A program made the position numbers and the translations under genes. Positions 7,458 to 12,490 of a DNA stretch of 12,490 bases are shown here, piece by piece. Below the pieces are notes generated by a model, which saw only the letters and a program-made list of their open reading frames with translations, was not told the DNA's origin and did not search any database. Each line of letters opens with the position of its first letter. Within the stretch, counting starts at the first letter, position 1. Source of the stretch: Candidatus Iainarchaeum sp. (GTDB taxonomy: Archaea > Iainarchaeota > Iainarchaeia > Iainarchaeales > DTGL01); the NCBI GenBank assembly GCA_038886995.1, contig JAWALG010000029.1:1-12490 (forward strand). Direction: 5' to 3'.

Positions 7458-8590
7458 ATTTCAATTATGTCCCCGCTTTTTAGGATATATTCCTTTGAAA
7501 CCCTCTGCCCTGGAAATTTCGTGCTACCCCAAATTCTTGCATACTTGAGATTTTTGTAAAAGTCCTTGTGCAATACCTTGGCAACATCTTCGACTGAAGA
7601 GCCCTCGGGCATAGCAAGCGGTTTCTCTGCTATTGGACCTGACGGCTTTTTAGTATGAACTAAAATAAGTCCCAAGGGTGAAAAAATTGCATCTTTAATC
7701 TGCTGAATATTTGACTCATCAATCGAACTCAAAAGCAAGGCATTCATAGAACTGCTAACCTCAGGTGGAATTTGCCCATTGCCATTCTTATCCACTACAA
7801 TAGCAACGGCTTTTTTATATGAAACACGCTTGTTGAGTGCAAGTTCTATTTTTTTATAATCGGTTGGTTCAGAGATTATAACGGTGAGATTATTGTGAAA
7901 ACCTCTTGCTTTTAGGAAATCCTCAAGCTCCTTTTTTGGCATCAGCAAAAATTTTTCTCCAACAATTGAAATGCCAGGAAATTCAGATTTTTTTATCTCA
8001 ACTTTTGGCCTTTCAATGTTGAGCAATATGTCTGCCTTTTTGAGCTCATCAATCAAAACCTTGTATTCAAAAGATGCATTGGCAGCGTCTATTACAAGAA
8101 CAATAAGGTCAGCATTCCTTATCAGCCCAAGCATTTCTGTGCCGCGCGCTTTTCCCTCGCTACTGCCTTCAACTAGGGCTGGGATCTCAACAATTTGTAT
8201 TTGGGCCTTTTTGTAGTCCATCATTCCAACTACTGGTTCTTTCGTGGTGAAAGGATAGGGCGCTATTTCCACATCAACCCCGGTAAGCGCCTTAAGAATG
8301 GTGCTCTTGCCAGAATTTGGCATACCAACAAGGGCAACTTGAGCAATCCCTTCCTTTTTAATCCCGACAGCATGCCCTGATGCCTTTTTGCGCTGCTCTT
8401 CTTGTTTTTCTATCCTCTCGCGCATCATTCGTATCTTTCTGCTTATCTCAGCGCGAAGGTTCTCTGCGCCTTTATGGTCTGGCGCGTGTCTTTGCATTTC
8501 AAGAAGCGCTTGGAGTTTTTCTTCAGGTGTTTTGGCTTCTTCGTATTTCCTCTGAGCAAGAGCATACTCAACAGTAACATTTGTTGGCAT
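7451..8590 (-). CDS. DRG/OBG-family GTP-binding protein with C-terminal TGS domain (archaeal 'MPTN' type)
   Basis: Helical N-terminus MPTNVTVEY...HKGAENLRAE; G1 GMPNSGKS; G2 YPFTT; TGS domain 'GSSVEDVAKVLHKDFYKNLKYARIWGSTKFPGQRVSKEYILKSGDIIEI'. Confidence 0.92.
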   Translation of the reverse strand: MPTNVTVEYALAQRKYEEAKTPEEKLQALLEMQRHAPDHKGAENLRAEISRKIRMMRERIEKQEEQRKKASGHAVGIKKEGIAQVALVGMPNSGKSTILKALTGVDVEIAPYPFTTKEPVVGMMDYKKAQIQIVEIPALVEGSSEGKARGTEMLGLIRNADLIVLVIDAANASFEYKVLIDELKKADILLNIERPKVEIKKSEFPGISIVGEKFLLMPKKELEDFLKARGFHNNLTVIISEPTDYKKIELALNKRVSYKKAVAIVVDKNGNGQIPPEVSSSMNALLLSSIDESNIQQIKDAIFSPLGLILVHTKKPSGPIAEKPLAMPEGSSVEDVAKVLHKDFYKNLKYARIWGSTKFPGQRVSKEYILKSGDIIEIY

Positions 8591-8641
8591 AAAGAAATTA
8601 GCAACAAAAAATGTTAAAAAAAGCTATTTTGCTTACCACAG

Positions 8642-9163
8642 CTAATCATAATGCTCTTTGCATATAAACCGAGACAGGGCAAGGAGCACTGCTTGCTCAA
8701 AGGCCTGCTTTCTTGTTACATGGCCTTTTGTAAGTATTCCAACTGCGCCTTTTTTCTTCTTTACATTTTTCTCGCCAGAGATTTTGTCCATTATTGGCCC
8801 AAGCTCCTTCCCTAAGCGAACCTCTTTGGCAATTTTTTCTGGAAGCAGTATCTTTGAGGTACAGCCAAGGCCTAACTTGCCATTGCTATCGACCACTACA
8901 ACCCAACCGCAAAGAAACATTCCGTGCTTGGTTTCAACAGTTGTTCCTTCGAGGCCAACCCCAAAGTCAGCATTTGCCTCTTTAATGGCTTTTTTTGCCC
9001 TATTCAATGCGCCTCTTATTGCTTCTTCATCGCCATTTGGCTGTTCGCCAACTCCTGAGTCTACCTCTATGCTAAAAAATTTTGCTTCTGGCCAAATCTT
9101 TTTGAATGCAGATTTAACTGCCTCAATCTTTGTAGGGTTTTTTGTGCCAATTGCGATGATCAT
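8642..9163 (-). CDS. yjjX: Non-canonical purine NTP phosphatase (inosine/xanthosine triphosphatase), YjjX family
   Basis: Motifs IAIGTKNPTKIEAV, SGVGEQP, GALNRA, GVGLEG, ELGPIMD, GAVGILT, TRKQAF. Start placed at ATG 9163 because SD GGGTGA (9173-9168) precedes it. Confidence 0.92.
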   Translation of the reverse strand: MIIAIGTKNPTKIEAVKSAFKKIWPEAKFFSIEVDSGVGEQPNGDEEAIRGALNRAKKAIKEANADFGVGLEGTTVETKHGMFLCGWVVVVDSNGKLGLGCTSKILLPEKIAKEVRLGKELGPIMDKISGEKNVKKKKGAVGILTKGHVTRKQAFEQAVLLALSRFICKEHYD

Positions 9164-9201
9164 ACTATCACCCATTAATTCAAGAACCAAAAATAATTAT
9201 C

Positions 9202-10332
9202 CTAACTACCTTCACCTCTTACAACCAATGAGCTACCTTTGCAATAACGCATGCTGCTACATGCGTAATCAAAACCGCTTACCGAAAAAACTGTTGGCAT
9301 TATATCATAAGCAGTCCCATTGTGCAGATGAAACTTTTCGGTTCCAACAAATATAAGAGGAATTTGTATTGCAAAGCTGCTTTTTTGGTCTTTGGCATGG
9401 TACCCTTTGCATGTCAAGCAATCAAATGCCATGCCATGGTCGGCAGTTACAAAAAGCGCTGTATTTTCGTCCCTCAAAAGAGCAAGCTTTTGAAGCTCTA
9501 AGTTAAGACCTTCGATGCAAGCAACATAGCTCTCAACCCCAAGGCGATGGCCGCAAAGGTCTGTGCCCTTTGCATTAGAGAAAAGGAAAAATTTTGCATA
9601 AGGCAAATTCTCCTTTATGAAGCTTATAAGAAGTGCGTCTGTTTCAATTATGAAATTTGAGTATTCAATGTAAGAGTTCCCGTCAAGACCTGCTTCTGAT
9701 TTTTTTGAATCAGCAAGTATCTTGCGTTTCTCTAAGAAAGAGGCAATTTCAGAGGCCTCTTTGCTATTGCTGTTGAGCTCAACTTGGAAATCCCAAAAGT
9801 TATAGTCGTAGAGCACGACATCAAATTCCGAGCGGGCTTCTTTAAAATCACCGGCTTCACTTACCATAATGCAAACATATCCCTGCGAGCGATAAAAATC
9901 ACAGATTGTTGTAAGGCCGCCATCATCAACACACTCCTTTATGTTTCCCCACTCGCGGCCGCAGTCACCAGCAATATAGTATAAAGAATGTGCCGATGTT
10001 GTTTCCGGAAATGGCTGCTCTACTTCTGCAAATGCAGAAGCAAGGCCAAAAAAGTTTTGCAATTCTGCTTTCTCAACAGAAACACCATTGTAGCTTAAAG
10101 GCGTTGGGTCAAAGCTTTGCAGGTATTTTGAGCCAACACCATCAAGCACAAGGAATATAACATTCTTAGTTTCAGTAGCATTCTGCTTTTTTTCATTCAC
10201 GCCTTTTTCCTTTTGCTCAGACAACTTGTTGGGATCAGAAGTCGGATAAAAATAAAACACCAACACAGATGCAACAATCAAGATGCATAAAACTGCTAAA
10301 AGATAGCTGCGGTTTTTGTTATGCTTTTGCAT
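9202..10332 (-). CDS. Membrane-anchored alkaline-phosphatase-superfamily metalloenzyme (phosphodiesterase/nucleotide pyrophosphatase-like)
   Basis: N-terminal TM after a basic MQKHNKNR leader (start 10332 preferred over 10374); core motifs VIFLVLDG, PFPETTSAH (Thr nucleophile region), TDLCGH, VTADHG, GYH, IPLIF, DIMPTV. Confidence 0.8.
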   Translation of the reverse strand: MQKHNKNRSYLLAVLCILIVASVLVFYFYPTSDPNKLSEQKEKGVNEKKQNATETKNVIFLVLDGVGSKYLQSFDPTPLSYNGVSVEKAELQNFFGLASAFAEVEQPFPETTSAHSLYYIAGDCGREWGNIKECVDDGGLTTICDFYRSQGYVCIMVSEAGDFKEARSEFDVVLYDYNFWDFQVELNSNSKEASEIASFLEKRKILADSKKSEAGLDGNSYIEYSNFIIETDALLISFIKENLPYAKFFLFSNAKGTDLCGHRLGVESYVACIEGLNLELQKLALLRDENTALFVTADHGMAFDCLTCKGYHAKDQKSSFAIQIPLIFVGTEKFHLHNGTAYDIMPTVFSVSGFDYACSSMRYCKGSSLVVRGEGS

Positions 10333-10398
10333 GCTGTTCTTAATACTTCCACAAAAAACATTTAAAATATTCACTACAAAGAATAAATAGGTAATTCT

Positions 10399-10884
10399 AT
10401 GATAACAATTGCTTTAGCAGCCATAATTGTCATGCTTATAGGCGCAAATGCTTTCCTTTACTTTTTGCGCAGGCCGGAAAGCGCAGAAGAAGTGCATGAA
10501 GAACCGATAAAGCTCACAAGCGCAAACCTTAGCTCAATAATACAGTTCGGTGAAAAAAATGAAGCGAGCGAGCTGACTGAGATAAAAAGATGCCTAAAAG
10601 CAATAGAGCATAAGCTTGACAAAAATGCATCGCGAATAGAATATGCATTCCAGAGGATAAACAGGATTGAAAACGCCCTTATGAAGAATGGCTCTTCAGT
10701 AATAGGCGAAGATATTTACAAGAAGATTGAGCGCTTAGAGGACTTTCGCAGGGAATCGCTCATAACAATAGAGGCAATGAAGGATTACCTTAAGAGCAAA
10801 AACAGAAGCAAATCAAAAAAAAGTGAAAAAACAGAGATTGATGATAAGATAAGGGAATTAATATTCCGCGGAAGGAAGGCCTAA
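10399..10884 (+). CDS. Hypothetical N-terminally membrane-anchored coiled-coil protein (161 aa)
   Basis: Hydrophobic N-terminus (MITIALAAIIVMLIGANAFLYFL-RR) followed by heptad-like charged helices. Confidence 0.75.
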   Translation: MITIALAAIIVMLIGANAFLYFLRRPESAEEVHEEPIKLTSANLSSIIQFGEKNEASELTEIKRCLKAIEHKLDKNASRIEYAFQRINRIENALMKNGSSVIGEDIYKKIERLEDFRRESLITIEAMKDYLKSKNRSKSKKSEKTEIDDKIRELIFRGRKA

Positions 10885-10887
10885 TCT

Positions 10888-11601
10888 TTAATTCTCTATC
10901 TTTGAATTCCATGTCTTGCGCTCTGACTTGTTTGGGAAATTTTCTCTAATGCTTTTTGCAATTATGCTGGCAGCGCCTATTGTGGCACATAAGTCATCGC
11001 CTTTTATGATAAACTCAACGTTATTAACACCATTAATAAGCCCACCGTCTGCTTTTGTGCTAAACTCAAAGCCAAGACCTGTGAAAAGCTGTGGCGCCAT
11101 ATTTAGAAAACGCTTTTGCAACTCATTGAGCGTGTAACCATTTTTACGCACCAAATCTATAAATTCTGGCGAGCATGTAAGCACAACCGTTGCCATAGAA
11201 TTTTTTTGTGCAATTTTTGCCTTTTCATCTATCTTGCTCAAATCCAGCTTCTTGCTATCCCTAAGCTCGCGCATTTTGCTATTGTCAGCAAGTACTCCAC
11301 AGATTATAAATGCACCTGTTTTTTCTCCACGGCCTGTTTCATCAATCCCAAGAACAAGCTCCTGCTTTGGCAACAGCTCCTTGAGAAGCATCTTGCTTAT
11401 ATTTTCGCAGTTGTTGCCCTGCACAACAAGTTTGCCTGAGGTATAAAGAGTTACAGTACAATTATTAACAAGCCAGCGCTTTTCTTCAAAATAGGCAGTT
11501 GTTGGCTTTTCAGGATACTTACTGAAGAAGGCCTTTATTGCATTTTTTTCTGAATCTGTAAAGTTTAAGGCAACTGTCTTCTTTTCTTTTTCAGGCTGCA
11601 A
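10888..11601 (-). CDS. Type 2 ribonuclease H (RNase HII/HIII family) with N-terminal RNase HIII-type TBP-like (DUF3378-like) domain and short C-terminus
   Basis: N-domain motif CTVTLYTSGKLVVQG (11460-11416); catalytic-domain motifs LGIDETGRGE, LRDSKKL, KADG, KGDDLCATIGAASIIAK. Start uncertain: TTG 11601 (after GTGAGGT, overlapping the valS stop) or GTG 11640. Confidence 0.8.
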   Translation of the reverse strand: MQPEKEKKTVALNFTDSEKNAIKAFFSKYPEKPTTAYFEEKRWLVNNCTVTLYTSGKLVVQGNNCENISKMLLKELLPKQELVLGIDETGRGEKTGAFIICGVLADNSKMRELRDSKKLDLSKIDEKAKIAQKNSMATVVLTCSPEFIDLVRKNGYTLNELQKRFLNMAPQLFTGLGFEFSTKADGGLINGVNNVEFIIKGDDLCATIGAASIIAKSIRENFPNKSERKTWNSKIEN

Positions 11602-12490
11602 GGACCTCACTGCCCTTTTTGAAAACAATATTTTTAACACGCATTGTTTCTTTTATATCCTGCTCTGCTTTCTTTGCAATGTTCACCTTTGGATGGTATA
11701 CTGTAACATTTTCAAGTTCATGCGCAAGTGAGAGATTCTTTTGCTTCTTTAGCTTGCGTATTGCTGAAATGCATTCAACAGCTGCCTGGCCTGCCTCAAT
11801 TGCGCTTTTGCTCTTAATTTTTTTGTATGGCTCAGGCCATCTGCTTAAGTGGATGCTCTTTGGCTCTTCTGAAGCACTGAACAGCTTCTGATACATTTCT
11901 TCAGTTATGAAAGGCATGAAAGGTGCGAATAGCTTAATCTGAGAAAGCAAAGCATTGTAAAGAGTCCAAAGAGCTGAGTCCTTGCCTTTGCCTGAGTAAA
12001 GCCGGTATTTTACCATTTCAAGGTAATAGTCGCAAAATGTGTTCCAAAAAAAGTTTTCTACAATTGCTTTCGCCTTGCTGTACTCATAAGATTCGAAAGC
12101 TTTTGTGGCGCCAACTATTACTTCATTTAATTCCTGCATAAGCCATGAATCGACAATGTGCAATTTCTTCGGTTTTTTTGGCTTTCCTTTTAAGTGCATA
12201 GATGCGAACCTTGCTGTGTTCCAGAGCTTTGTTGCGTTTCTCATACCAACCTGCAGGTCTTCTTCTTTAAAGTTGAGGTCTTCACCAAGTTTCACGCTTG
12301 AAGCCCAAAAACGCAGCGCATCTGCTGAATATTTTTTTATTATGTCCAGAGGCAACACGACATTGCCTTTGCTTTTGCTCATCTTGCGCCCATGCCTATC
12401 AAGGCCATGGCCTGAAATCATTATGTTTTCAAATGGGGCTTTGCCTGTATGGAACAAACACATAACAATTGTGTTGAAATCCCAGAATGT
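11591..12490 (-). CDS. valS: Valyl-tRNA synthetase, C-terminal part (partial, 5' end beyond window)
   Basis: SGHGLDRHGRKMSKSKGNVV (class I KMSKS), DALRFWA, KLWNTARF, FFWNTFCDYYLEMVKYRLY, APFMPFITEE, SIHLSRWP; frame open to 12490. Confidence 0.92.
   Translation of the reverse strand, partial: TFWDFNTIVMCLFHTGKAPFENIMISGHGLDRHGRKMSKSKGNVVLPLDIIKKYSADALRFWASSVKLGEDLNFKEEDLQVGMRNATKLWNTARFASMHLKGKPKKPKKLHIVDSWLMQELNEVIVGATKAFESYEYSKAKAIVENFFWNTFCDYYLEMVKYRLYSGKGKDSALWTLYNALLSQIKLFAPFMPFITEEMYQKLFSASEEPKSIHLSRWPEPYKKIKSKSAIEAGQAAVECISAIRKLKKQKNLSLAHELENVTVYHPKVNIAKKAEQDIKETMRVKNIVFKKGSEVLAA

Noticed and set aside
8658..9356. 232-aa plus-strand ORF
   Set aside because: Antisense to the well-conserved yjjX; an open-frame artefact with no motifs.
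1..12490. CRISPR array, transposase or defence system
   Set aside because: No regularly spaced repeats, terminal inverted repeats or recognisable nuclease/transposase motifs seen; intergenic gaps are short.

Overview
Gene-dense, AT-rich archaeal chromosomal segment. BRE/TATA promoters, GGTGA ribosome-binding sites, a BHB-type tRNA intron and archaeal-type ValRS and DRG/TGS GTPase indicate archaea; a DPANN-like lineage is a guess. In order: a large surface protein with PKD motif, C-terminal TM helix and cytoplasmic tail (minus strand, missing from the ORF track, runs off the left edge); tRNA-Trp(CCA) with a 167-nt intron at 37/38; a lipoprotein; a TrmJ-family methyltransferase; two membrane-anchored secreted proteins; a TGS-domain GTPase; YjjX ITP/XTPase; a membrane-anchored alkaline-phosphatase-superfamily enzyme; a small membrane coiled-coil protein; an RNase HII/HIII-like protein with an N-terminal RNase HIII-type domain; and the 3' part of valS. 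The most notable element is the tRNA-Trp intron. It keeps two antisense guides against its own pre-tRNA (C34 and the position-39 region) and an internal C'/D' motif, but its terminal C/D boxes look decayed and it carries an extra ~95-nt structured domain. No mobile element, CRISPR array or defence system is evident.
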